Origin: Myxococcota bacterium
GTDB lineage: Bacteria > Myxococcota_A > UBA796 > UBA2385
Reading direction: 5' to 3'
Assembly (NCBI GenBank): GCA_044344255.1
Contig: JBIJDH010000013.1
Coordinates: 96,001 to 160,000, forward strand
Length of the DNA stretch: 64,000 nucleotides
Shown: in pieces, positions 9,445 through 18,177 of the stretch
Numbering within the stretch: the first letter of the stretch is position 1
Layout of the letters: each line of letters begins with the position of its first letter
Notes under the pieces: generated by a model
The model's database searches: none
What the model was told of the DNA's origin: nothing
Seen by the model: the letters and a program-made list of their open reading frames with translations, nothing else
Made by a program: the position numbers and the translations under genes

Positions 9445-10049
9445 GCCTCGGCTTCGGGATCCTGAAAGGCCCCGATGATCACCCGCGCCGGCTCGATCAA
9501 GCGATTGCCGATGCGATACCCGACCGAGAAGACCTCCATCACGACGTTGTCGAGGGCGGGGTCGTGCACGGGGATCGTGGTGATCGCCTCGTGGCTGTTC
9601 GGATCGAAGCGCGCGCCCTTACCGGGCACCTCCTCGAGGCCAAGCTTCTGGAAGCCGTCCATGAACTGGTGCAGCACCATCTCAAGGCCGCGCAGCATGT
9701 CGTCCACGGCCGCCCCCTTTCTCGCCGCCTCCACTGAGCGGCGGAGGTTCTGCACGGGGTCAAAGAGAGAGGTCACCACCTCTCCACGGCGCAGCTCCTC
9801 TTTCAGCGCGGCCTGTCGCTCCAGCCGCTGACGGGTGGCGGAGATGTCGTCCTGCTGCTTCTGGAAGGCGGCGCTCACCGCGCGGAGGCGGCCCCTGAGC
9901 TCCTCCACCGAGGCCTCCAGCTCGGCCACGCGGGGATCAGGCAAGCTGTAGAGCTCGCCGCCGCCTTCCGCGCCCGCTTCGACGGCGCCCTCCATGTCGG
10001 AGGAGGGGGCGGCCTGCGCTTCGTTCTCGGAGCTCGGATCGTTGGACAT
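9441..10049 (-). CDS. grpE: Nucleotide exchange factor GrpE
   Basis: Acidic N-terminus, coiled coil, GARFDPNSHEAI, VMEVFSVGYRIGNRLIEPARV. Confidence 0.9.
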   Translation of the reverse strand: MSNDPSSENEAQAAPSSDMEGAVEAGAEGGGELYSLPDPRVAELEASVEELRGRLRAVSAAFQKQQDDISATRQRLERQAALKEELRRGEVVTSLFDPVQNLRRSVEAARKGAAVDDMLRGLEMVLHQFMDGFQKLGLEEVPGKGARFDPNSHEAITTIPVHDPALDNVVMEVFSVGYRIGNRLIEPARVIIGAFQDPEAEA

Positions 10050-10055
10050 GGTCTT

Positions 10056-10118
10056 CTCGGGGATTCGGCTGCTCGGGAGCTCGTCGTCTCGGGAGGTCTA
10101 CGTCTCGGGAGGTCTACG
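10056..10118. repeat. 16-bp-period direct repeat upstream of grpE
   Basis: CGTCTCGGGAGGTCTA occurs twice exactly (10085-10116); the core CTCGGG recurs at 10056, 10072, 10088 and 10104. Confidence 0.85.
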
Positions 10119-10352
10119 GGGACGCCGCGGGATCCGCGGCCGAGGGACGAGGTCGGACGCGGCAACGGTAATCCCCTCCCCTTGGACGTCAACCGGCGGC
10201 GCGCGCGACAGCATGAGGGGACGAGCGTCGCCGGTTCCGGTGTTAGACGCCCCCACCTCGGGGAGCCCGAACGACCGCGCTCCGGTCTCTCTGCTCCCTC
10301 AGTCTGCCCCCTTAGAGGGCCCTCGAACTGGCGCGTGAAGGCAGGTACACGG

Positions 10353-11774
10353 ATGAACGAGAAACAAAGCCGCCTCCTGGTCTGGCTGGCGGCCATCCTG
10401 GTCGGTCTGGTCGCCTTGGTGACCTTCATCGAGAAGCCAAAGGAGCCCGCCGCCGAAGGCGAGAAGGAGTGGAGGCGCCTCTTCCCGGAGGTCGAGGGCA
10501 GCGCCGTCCAGAAGCTCGAGATCAGCCGCGGCGGCGTCCAGGCCACCTTCGAGCGGGAGGGCGCCGAGTGGAAGATGACAGCGCCCAAGGCCACCGCGGC
10601 GGACACCCGCAAGGTCGACGCCCTCGTCGACACCGCCGTGAAGCTCGAGGTCGCAGACGACCTCGGCGCCGATCGTAAGGCAGACTTCGGTCTCTCCCCT
10701 GCCCTCTCCGTGATCAAGATGACCCTCACCGACGGGCGCAGCCTCGACCTCCAGATCGGCGGTGACGCCCCCGTCGGCTGGCAGGGCTACGTCGCGAGCG
10801 GCGACGGCCCAGTGCTGGTCTGCCGATCCCGCCTCTCCGACACCTTCGACAAAGATCCGACCGATCTCCGCACGAAGGCGATCATCCGCCAGCCGAAGGG
10901 CGAGCTGAGCGCGGTGCGGATGGCCGGCGAAGGCCAGGACATTCGCCTCAGCCGAGACGACCACGGCTGGTGGGTCGAGGCCACCACCACCCAGCCCGCG
11001 ACGGTCGGCGAGGCCAGCCCCGCGACGCCGCTCACGATCGCCCGCAGCCGGGCCGACGAGGACCGCCTGGACCGAGCCCTGAGCGCGCTGGACGACATGC
11101 GCGTGGAGCGCTTCCCCGACGGGCCCGTGCTGATCGACCCCGTGCAGCGCAGCATCGAGCTCGAGAGCGACCAGGAGAAGCTGAGCCTCGTGGCGGGCCT
11201 CGAGGTCGAGGGCCTCCGCCTGCTCCAAGGCCCCCTCCAGGAGGGCCCGGTCTACGCACGGACAACCGTCCTCGACAGCAATTTCCGCTTTGAGCCCACG
11301 GCCTGGCTTGGCACCGCGCTGCTCCCAGTCCGAGCCGCCACGCTCGAGACCCTCGTGGTGCAGCTCGGCGACAAGCGACTCGAGGCCAAGAGGGGCGAGA
11401 ACGGCTGGGACCAGAAAGACGCCGAGGGCGTGCTCCGCGCGCTGCAGGAGGTGCGGGTCGACCGTCGCCGCGCCGCCGCGAGCCCGATCGGGGAGCCCTG
11501 GGGCACGGTCTCGCTCGTCGAGCGGGGTCGCACCGAGCTCATCCAGATCCACCAGGCCGAGGCGGACGGCGGGCGGGTGATCGTCGACGCCGCGGGCGGC
11601 GCGCCCATGGTGCTCCCGCCGACCGAGCTGCAGCGCATCCAGGACGCCCTGGACGGCAAGGCTCCCCCCGAGCCGCCGCCCTCCGAGCCCGGCATGGGGA
11701 TGGGCGCGGATGGGATGCCCGATCTCGAGATGCTACAGCGCCAGATCGAGGCGGCGAGCGGCGGCGGGCGCTGA
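10353..11774 (+). CDS. DUF4340-like membrane-anchored extracytoplasmic protein
   Basis: N-terminal TM; WKMTAP...AD..KVDAL, ADFGL.P, LQIG...P...GYV, DLRTK patterns in repeated domains; start ATG 10353. Confidence 0.8.
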   Translation: MNEKQSRLLVWLAAILVGLVALVTFIEKPKEPAAEGEKEWRRLFPEVEGSAVQKLEISRGGVQATFEREGAEWKMTAPKATAADTRKVDALVDTAVKLEVADDLGADRKADFGLSPALSVIKMTLTDGRSLDLQIGGDAPVGWQGYVASGDGPVLVCRSRLSDTFDKDPTDLRTKAIIRQPKGELSAVRMAGEGQDIRLSRDDHGWWVEATTTQPATVGEASPATPLTIARSRADEDRLDRALSALDDMRVERFPDGPVLIDPVQRSIELESDQEKLSLVAGLEVEGLRLLQGPLQEGPVYARTTVLDSNFRFEPTAWLGTALLPVRAATLETLVVQLGDKRLEAKRGENGWDQKDAEGVLRALQEVRVDRRRAAASPIGEPWGTVSLVERGRTELIQIHQAEADGGRVIVDAAGGAPMVLPPTELQRIQDALDGKAPPEPPPSEPGMGMGADGMPDLEMLQRQIEAASGGGR

Positions 11775-11780
11775 TCGCCC

Positions 11781-13181
11781 CTACTGCGGCTTCGGCCCCA
11801 GCTCCAAGGGCCGCTGCAGCACGTAGGGGTCGAGGAGCAGCAGGCCGCGCTGCCCGGGGAGGCCCGCGAGCGCCCGCCACCGCATCCTGAAGAGGCTGCG
11901 GAGAGCCAGGATCAGGGCGAGGCCACCGACCACCAACGCGAGCCCGCCCAGCCGCCCGTCGAACAGCGCGACGACCCCGACGACCAGCACAAAGGAGGCC
12001 GCGGCGAGCGACACCGCCCGCGCGGCGAGCGTCACGGTGAGGAGTCGCACCCCGGCTGTCAACGCGGGCTGCTCCGAGCTCCGAAGGCGCCGCGCCTGCG
12101 ACAGATCACGCCGGGCGGCCGAGAGGTCGCCCCGTCGGAGGTTGAGGAGCGCGGCGGCGAGCGCCACGCTGCCCAGGCCGTGCGTGAGCTCACGGGCGAG
12201 CGGGAGGCTGGCCGAGGCGGCCTCGAGATCCCCTTGGCGCAAGCGGGCCACGGTGAGGTGGAAGGCGAGCAGGGGGTCCGACGGGAAGTAGCGGCTCCCC
12301 ATGAGAGCGGCGGTCTCGGCGGTCGGGAAGAGGCCCAGCTGATCCGCCACGAGGCTCGCCCAGAGGTAGGCCGCTCGCCGATAGTGGTTGCCCTCGTAGG
12401 CAGAGGTGAACCAGGCGAGGGCGTCCTCGGCGTGCCCCTGTCGGAGCTGGCTCAGGCCGTCGCGCAGCGGATCGGCCTCCTCGGCGGGCTCCATCCAAGG
12501 CCCGTCCCCGCCGACCTCGGCGTCCACGCCCGCGTCTTCGACGTCCGTGGCCGCCACCTCACCGGCGCGCCCCGTGAGGATGAGCCCGCAGTCAGCGCTC
12601 TGGTGGAACGTCATCAGGACCTCGACGCCCTCTGTGGCCATCCGCACGCCCTGCAGCACTTTGAGGAATGTGAAGAAGGCCTCCTTCTGCGGCGCCTTGC
12701 CCTCCGATTCAAAGCTGTAGAGGTAGAGCAGGTAGTTCTGCTCGCGGAGCGCGTCCTCACCGTGGGCCCGCACCGAGAACAGCTGCTGCCCGCCCTGCTG
12801 GTCGAGCATGTGGAGCTGGAGGGCCTCGGGCTCCACTGCGGGCAGGCTGCGGCGAAGGAAGGCGACGATCTCGCCCGCGAGCTCGCCGCTGAGCTCCTCC
12901 GAGCCTTCGACCGCCCGGATCGAAGACCACCCGTAGCGGCTGAAGTAGCTCCGGCGGAGCTGGTCGATCCGGCGCCGACAGTGCTGGACCTCGGCCTGCA
13001 CGACTTCGCCGTCTTCATAACGAAGGTTCGCCGACGCGATTCGCCGCTGGTACAGCCGAACCGACTCCTCGAAGGTGTACCTCCGCACGACCCCGTCCCG
13101 ACCGACGATCTCCACGGGGAAATCGACCACCTGGGCGTAGTCCTTTCGGTTGTACCGCCGAAGCTTCCGCGACTTCTCCAT
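11781..13181 (-). CDS. Hypothetical protein: unknown charged N-terminal domain, TPR-like helices, two C-terminal TMs
   Basis: 466-aa ORF with normal composition; TPR-like A/L periodicity at about 235-370; hydrophobic hairpin near the C-terminus. Confidence 0.75.
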   Translation of the reverse strand: MEKSRKLRRYNRKDYAQVVDFPVEIVGRDGVVRRYTFEESVRLYQRRIASANLRYEDGEVVQAEVQHCRRRIDQLRRSYFSRYGWSSIRAVEGSEELSGELAGEIVAFLRRSLPAVEPEALQLHMLDQQGGQQLFSVRAHGEDALREQNYLLYLYSFESEGKAPQKEAFFTFLKVLQGVRMATEGVEVLMTFHQSADCGLILTGRAGEVAATDVEDAGVDAEVGGDGPWMEPAEEADPLRDGLSQLRQGHAEDALAWFTSAYEGNHYRRAAYLWASLVADQLGLFPTAETAALMGSRYFPSDPLLAFHLTVARLRQGDLEAASASLPLARELTHGLGSVALAAALLNLRRGDLSAARRDLSQARRLRSSEQPALTAGVRLLTVTLAARAVSLAAASFVLVVGVVALFDGRLGGLALVVGGLALILALRSLFRMRWRALAGLPGQRGLLLLDPYVLQRPLELGPKPQ

Positions 13182-13242
13182 GATCGGCTGGTCCGCGGCC
13201 TCCGTTCAAGTGGGCCAGTCTCCCGCGACGACGCGCCTGTGC

Positions 13243-13273
13243 GACCGCAGTGGGATCTGACCGCAGTGGGATC
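13243..13273. repeat. Direct repeat GACCGCAGTGGGATC x2 (16-bp period) in a divergent intergenic region
   Basis: Read directly, between the 13181(-) and 13419(+) starts. Confidence 0.9.
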
Positions 13274-13418
13274 CCCTTGAGGGTACCACCCTCGCCAGCA
13301 GACCGGCAAGCGGCCTCGCGGGCGCTTCGGCCCCTCACGGCGCCGCGGGCCCACCTCGTCGCGCAATAAGGAGTCCGGCCTCTGCGTAGCTGACTTGATC
13401 TCCGAGGAAGGGCCCCCT

Positions 13419-14021
13419 GTGATCCTCCAGCTGCACGACAACCCCTTCGACGAGCTGGCCCGTGTCCGGGCCGCCGTCTCCGGCGACGCGTCCGCCCGCC
13501 AATGGGTGGTCGAGCGATACACCCCGATGGTGTTCCGCTACGCTCGCCGGATGCTCGGAGACGAGCAGGACGCGCATGACGCGGCGCAAGACAGCCTCGT
13601 CAAGGTGCTGCGCAACCTCGAGCGCTACGACGAGCGCTGGCGCTTCACCACCTGGGTGCTCGGCATCACGCGCAACACCTGCATCGACGAGCTCCGCCGC
13701 CGCCGCTTCCGCTCCTCAGAGGAGGCCCCCGAGACGGCCGATCCCGGCCCTGGGCCGCTCGAGCTGACCGCCCGCCAACGCTCCGCCGCCGTGTTGCAGG
13801 CCGCCCTCGCTCGCCTGCCGGACCTCTACCGAGAGGTGCTGCTGCTGTACCACTTCGAGCACTTGAAGTACCAAGAGATCGCGGACATCCTCGACATCCC
13901 CATCGGAACGATCATGAACCGGATCTTTCGCGCCCGCGCCAAGCTGCGAGAGGCCTACGAGGCCATCGAAGCGGGCACGGACGCTGAGGCCCCGCGTGGG
14001 CGGGCGGGAGCCACAGCATGA
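13419..14021 (+). CDS. ECF RNA polymerase sigma-70 factor (SigW/RpoE-like)
   Basis: Region 2 (DAHDAAQDSLVKV...FTTWVLGITRNTCID) and region 4 (LPDLYREVLLL...YQEIADILDIPIGTIMNRIFRAR); GTG 13419 preceded by GAGGAAG. Confidence 0.95.
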   Translation: MILQLHDNPFDELARVRAAVSGDASARQWVVERYTPMVFRYARRMLGDEQDAHDAAQDSLVKVLRNLERYDERWRFTTWVLGITRNTCIDELRRRRFRSSEEAPETADPGPGPLELTARQRSAAVLQAALARLPDLYREVLLLYHFEHLKYQEIADILDIPIGTIMNRIFRARAKLREAYEAIEAGTDAEAPRGRAGATA

Positions 14022-14482
14022 GCCACCCCACCGCCGAGACCCTCCGCCTCTTTGTCGACGGGACCCTCGTTGAGTCCGAGGTCGTCGAGGTCGCCCTCCA
14101 CCTCGACGCCTGCCCGCGCTGCGCCCAGGCGGCGGCCCGCCAGGATCCCCTCGATCTCGCCTTCGCCGCCCTCGATGAGCCAGCGCACCCGCCGGAGCTC
14201 GCTCAGGCGGCGCTCGCGCAGGCCTCCACCCCCGTGAAGGCAGGCCCCGAGATGATCATCGCCACCCTGCTCCTGCTCGCGGGGCTCGGCGTCCTGCTCG
14301 TCCTCGGCGCCCCTGTGGAGCTCCTCACCCGCGCGGCGGTGGTGCTTCAAGCCCTCCGTGCCACCGTCTCGGCCGTCACCGCGGGGGGAGGCCTCGAGCT
14401 CTTGTGGCTCGGCCTCGCCGCCGCCCTGCTGCTGTTCAGCGTCATCGCGGCGCGTCGACTGGACGCCCGGAGGAGCGCCTGA
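14018..14482 (+). CDS. Zinc-binding (zf-HC2/ZAS) membrane anti-sigma factor
   Basis: N-terminal His plus HLDACPRC (HxxxCxxC), two TMs, ATGA overlap with the sigma gene. Confidence 0.88.
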   Translation: MSHPTAETLRLFVDGTLVESEVVEVALHLDACPRCAQAAARQDPLDLAFAALDEPAHPPELAQAALAQASTPVKAGPEMIIATLLLLAGLGVLLVLGAPVELLTRAAVVLQALRATVSAVTAGGGLELLWLGLAAALLLFSVIAARRLDARRSA

Positions 14483-15534
14483 TGCCCCCCCGCCCCTGGC
14501 TGCTCCCCGCCTTCGGCCTGCTCTCAACCGCCGCTTGGGCCACCCCAGAGGTGAGCGCCCCGCCGGCGCTCGAGCCCGCCGCCCAGGGCACCACCGTCCA
14601 GATCACGATCGAGGCGACCCACCCGCCGATCGCGGCCGACCTGGAGCCCCCTGTCGCCCCCCTCGCCCCTCCCCCGCCGCCGCCGCCCACCGTCGAGGAG
14701 GCGATGGCGCGGATCTCCGCCCTCGAGGCCCGCCTCGACCGCCTGGAGTCCGCGCCGCCGCCCGCCCTGGACGGGATCCGCCCCGGCGCCCGCGTCGTCC
14801 GAGCCGACGAGCGGGTCGAGGACGCCGTGTCCTTCGGCGGTCCCCTGCGGGTGCTCGGCAGCGTGCGCGGCAACGCCGTCGCCATGGGCTCCGACGTGAT
14901 CGTCCTCTCCGGTGGGCAGGTCGAGGGGGACGCCATCTCCTTCGGCGGCGTGGTCCGCGTCGAGCCCGGCGGCGAGGTCGAGGGCGACCAGCTCACCTTT
15001 GACAGCGCCAGCCTCGTCGGAGGCAGCCTCGGCGAGTCCGTGGCGACGGGCCTCTTCAGTCGGGTCGAAGACCTCGCCCGCAAGATCGCCCTCCTCTTCT
15101 CTTTCGCCGGGGTGGGCGTGCTGGTGGCCGGCATCTGGCCGAGCCACGTCAGCCACGTCTCGGCGACCCTGCGCAGCCACCCCTTCTGGTACGGGCTCGC
15201 CGGCGCGATCCTCAGCGCGACCCTGACCGCCGGATCGCTCCTGCTGGCCGTCACGATCATCGGCCTGCCCTTCGCGCTGCTCATCTTGGCGATCCTGGCC
15301 CTCGGCTGGCTCTTCGGGGTCGTCGCCTTCTGTCAGGGCCTCGGCGAGCGCTTCCCCAGCCTCCTGCGCGGGCAGAGCGGGTGGGGGGCCTTCCTGATCG
15401 GCGCCGCCCTGCTCACGGCCGTCTCGCTCCTGCCTTGGGTGGGCCCGGTGGTGCTGCTGCTCGTGGGCTTCCCTGCGGTGGGCGCGGCCCTCGTCACCCG
15501 CCTCGGGACCCGTCGCGACCCCGACGTCGTCTGA
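14482..15534 (+). CDS. Membrane protein with bactofilin-like (polymer-forming) beta-helix repeats and about 5 TMs
   Basis: VEDAVSFGG / VRGNAVAMGS / VEGDAISFGG / VEGDQ repeats followed by multiple TMs (VTIIGLPFALL); TGATG overlap. Confidence 0.8.
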   Translation: MPPRPWLLPAFGLLSTAAWATPEVSAPPALEPAAQGTTVQITIEATHPPIAADLEPPVAPLAPPPPPPPTVEEAMARISALEARLDRLESAPPPALDGIRPGARVVRADERVEDAVSFGGPLRVLGSVRGNAVAMGSDVIVLSGGQVEGDAISFGGVVRVEPGGEVEGDQLTFDSASLVGGSLGESVATGLFSRVEDLARKIALLFSFAGVGVLVAGIWPSHVSHVSATLRSHPFWYGLAGAILSATLTAGSLLLAVTIIGLPFALLILAILALGWLFGVVAFCQGLGERFPSLLRGQSGWGAFLIGAALLTAVSLLPWVGPVVLLLVGFPAVGAALVTRLGTRRDPDVV

Positions 15535-15569
15535 GCCCATCAGCGGCGCGGGGCTCACACCCCGACGGC

Positions 15570-16796
15570 TCAGGGTGCGCTGGGGCGGCTCGCCTTCCAG
15601 CCCTCCTTCTCTGAGAAATTGGCACGGTAGAGGTCTACGAAGGACCCATCGGGCAGGCGGAGGCGGTAGTCAACCTCGACATATTGACCCGCGACCGAGA
15701 CCTTCCACCACCCATAGGTGGGGAAGTGCTGGCCGGCGTAGGTCCCGATGAAGCCCGTGAAGGCGCCGCGGGCCTTGGCCTCGTCGATGACGACGTCGGG
15801 GATGCTGGCGTTTCGGTTCCAGCGGTCCATCGCGGCGAGCAGGGCGAGATCGTAGGTGGTCTCGAGGTGGATGTCCCCCTTTCGGCCTGAGGCCTCACCC
15901 GCGCCCCAGCGCTTCAGGTCTTCGGCCGGGCCACCGCCGCCGCCTGCGTTGATGTGCATCGCGCCGAAGGGGCCGTCGGGGAGCAGGGCCTGGTTGGTGT
16001 AGCTGCCAGCGCCGAAGACCATCCGGATGCGGGAGAGGTCGGTGGCGTCCTCGACGGTCTCGAGGAGCTCGTGAGGCCCGCCGTCGACGTTCATGACGAG
16101 CTGCTTGCCGCCGAGGTCGACCTCGGGATCGTGCATGAAGATGATGAGCCCTTCGTACTTCCCGGCCACCGCCTTCGGGATCCAGGCCTTCTCTTCTTGC
16201 CAACGGCTACCAAGGCGGGCCTTCCCGCCGTCGAGGACGAGGAACCGCCAGGTCTTCCCTTGCGTCTTCACGTCAAAGGCGTACCAGGTGGCCACGCGGT
16301 TGTACCCGATGGTGGCGCCAACGCCCGGCCAGGCGCCCTCGAGGCCGAAGAAGCGCTCGTCGCCCGCCGCCTCGCGGGTGCCCGCGACCGGGACACCGGG
16401 GATGCGCATCCCGGGGAGGGGCGCGACGGTGGCCCCCTCGAGGAGGATCGAGTGGCGCTCATCGAAGGCCCTCCACTCGCTCACGCTGCCGGCGCCCACG
16501 GTGTCTCCCATGAGCACGGCGAAGGTTGGGCCGGCCGGGGTCTGGGCGGCGGCGTGGATGTCGGTCAGGATCTGAGTGGCCACCTCGGCGCCGTGGCCGA
16601 AGCGCCCCGCCGTCCGATCGAGGCCGGGCACGATGTCGCGGCTGTTGCCGAGCACCGCGAAGGTGATGGCACCCGGCGCCTCGAGCATCTGGCCATCATC
16701 GGCGTAGAGCGCATGGTCTGGGATCTTGGCGGGATCGATGCCGCAGCCGAGGCCGAGGCCGAGGGGCAAGAACAGGCAGGCGAGGAGAGTGCGCAT
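15570..16796 (-). CDS. Lipoprotein with calcineurin-like metallophosphoesterase fold and degenerate metal ligands
   Basis: Lipobox LGLGC; motif positions read FAVLGNSR, LMGDTV, PVAGTRE, FLVLDG, IFMHDP, VFGAGSY, HINAGGGG. Confidence 0.75.
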   Translation of the reverse strand: MRTLLACLFLPLGLGLGCGIDPAKIPDHALYADDGQMLEAPGAITFAVLGNSRDIVPGLDRTAGRFGHGAEVATQILTDIHAAAQTPAGPTFAVLMGDTVGAGSVSEWRAFDERHSILLEGATVAPLPGMRIPGVPVAGTREAAGDERFFGLEGAWPGVGATIGYNRVATWYAFDVKTQGKTWRFLVLDGGKARLGSRWQEEKAWIPKAVAGKYEGLIIFMHDPEVDLGGKQLVMNVDGGPHELLETVEDATDLSRIRMVFGAGSYTNQALLPDGPFGAMHINAGGGGGPAEDLKRWGAGEASGRKGDIHLETTYDLALLAAMDRWNRNASIPDVVIDEAKARGAFTGFIGTYAGQHFPTYGWWKVSVAGQYVEVDYRLRLPDGSFVDLYRANFSEKEGWKASRPSAP

Positions 16797-16858
16797 GCCC
16801 CCCTCGTAGACCGGAGAGCCGGCACCTGTCCAGCCGACGCCTCGCGGATCGTGTCGAC

Positions 16859-16895
16859 TCAGTGAACGATGTCAGTGAACGATGTCAGTGAACGA
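16859..16895. repeat. 13-bp tandem repeat (TCAGTGAACGATG x2.8) at the stop of the 17427(-) gene
   Basis: Read directly. Confidence 0.95.
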
Positions 16896-17427
16896 GCTCC
16901 ATGCCGCGCTGGAAGCCGGGCCGCTCGAGGTGGAGGCGGAGGTTCTCGCGCCGCGCCCGGGAGAACCACCCGCCCACGCCCCCCGGCTTCGGCCACCCGT
17001 CGACGGCCCGGCGGGTGAAGGGGGCCTCCCCGATCAGGCCCCGGGCCTCACCGACGAGCTGCCAAGCGGTCCACCACCGGCTGTCCGGCCACTCGAGGTA
17101 GACCACGGCCGCCTTGTGGCGCTGCACGCGGCTGATCTGAATGTCGAGCAGGGCCAGGAAGGCCACCGAGAGCGTGCCCTCCTGGCCGGCCATCGCCGCC
17201 ATCATGCGCTCCCGATCGGCGCGGTTGGCGCCGTCGAGGCCGTTGAGCTCGAACTGGTCAAAGGAGCCCTCGCGAAAGACCAGCATCACCGGGCTCGGGC
17301 TGCGCTCTTCGAGCGCCTCGCTGAGCCGCTCGAAGAGGCTCTCCCCGAGGGCGTCATCGTCGAAGGGGAAGCGCTCGAGGTCTCGGGGACCCGTTCGGAC
17401 GCGGAGAGAGAAGGAGGCGGAGCTCAC
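16885..17427 (-). CDS. Hypothetical cytoplasmic protein
   Basis: 180-aa globular-looking ORF, Trp-rich motifs LEWPDSRWWTAW and GWPKPGGVGGWF; co-directional with the pur genes. Confidence 0.7.
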   Translation of the reverse strand: MSSASFSLRVRTGPRDLERFPFDDDALGESLFERLSEALEERSPSPVMLVFREGSFDQFELNGLDGANRADRERMMAAMAGQEGTLSVAFLALLDIQISRVQRHKAAVVYLEWPDSRWWTAWQLVGEARGLIGEAPFTRRAVDGWPKPGGVGGWFSRARRENLRLHLERPGFQRGMELVH

Positions 17428-17451
17428 GAGTCTTCCCGGAGAGGGGGACGT

Positions 17452-18177
17452 TCACGTATTCCCCGACGGCCCGAAGGCAAGGCGGGCGTCGAGGCGAGCG
17501 TACCAGGCCCGCACGGCGGGGCTGTGCTCGCCGGCGTCGGTGCGGAGCGGCTCCACCCGCCGCTCGACGGCGCCGGTCCCCTCCCCTCCTTCCCCCTCCC
17601 CTCCTTCGAGGAGCACGAGCGCCGGCGGCAGATCGCAGCGCCGCCGCAGCGGGAGGCCCGCCACCTCGAGCGCGCGCTCCCCCTCGGCGGCCCGCCCGGC
17701 CGGGAGCACGAGCGCGACCCGACGCCCCCGAAGGGAGAGGCCGCGGACGAGGTCTGGCAGGGCTCCGTGGCGCTCGTGACGCGCCGCGGCGCGCATCGGG
17801 TCGGGGGAGACGGGGCCGCCGTCCAGCGGGAGGTAGGGCGGGTTGCAGAGCGCGAGGTCGGCTGGCGCGCGTGTCGGCGGCTCCCGCAGGTCACCGACCG
17901 AGAAGCGGACCCGACCTTCGAGGCCCGAGGCCATCCGCCCCGCCTCGGCCAGGGCCACCCACTCGGGAAGGACGTCCATCCCCTCCCCTTCGAGGCCGAG
18001 GCGGGCGAGCAGCAGGGAGAGGACCCCGCAGCCAGTGCCCCCCTCGAAGAAGGTGCGGGCCGGCCGCTCCAGGGCCCAGCCGGCGAGGAGGAAGGGGTCC
18101 ATCGCGTAGCGATAGCCGCGCGCCGGCTGGAAGACGATCAAGCCCGGCGCCGGCTCACAGCGGAGTCGGTCCGTCAC
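17452..18177 (-). CDS. SAM-dependent methyltransferase, TrmN6/YfiC (tRNA1(Val) m6A37)-like
   Basis: QPARGYRYAMDPFLLA, EGGTGCGV, CNPPY, ARHE. Confidence 0.85.
   Translation of the reverse strand: MTDRLRCEPAPGLIVFQPARGYRYAMDPFLLAGWALERPARTFFEGGTGCGVLSLLLARLGLEGEGMDVLPEWVALAEAGRMASGLEGRVRFSVGDLREPPTRAPADLALCNPPYLPLDGGPVSPDPMRAAARHERHGALPDLVRGLSLRGRRVALVLPAGRAAEGERALEVAGLPLRRRCDLPPALVLLEGGEGEGGEGTGAVERRVEPLRTDAGEHSPAVRAWYARLDARLAFGPSGNT

Noticed and set aside
13362..13388. Autoregulatory ECF promoter CGCAAT-N17-CGTA
   Set aside because: The -35 lacks the usual AAC; too weak to call without TSS data.
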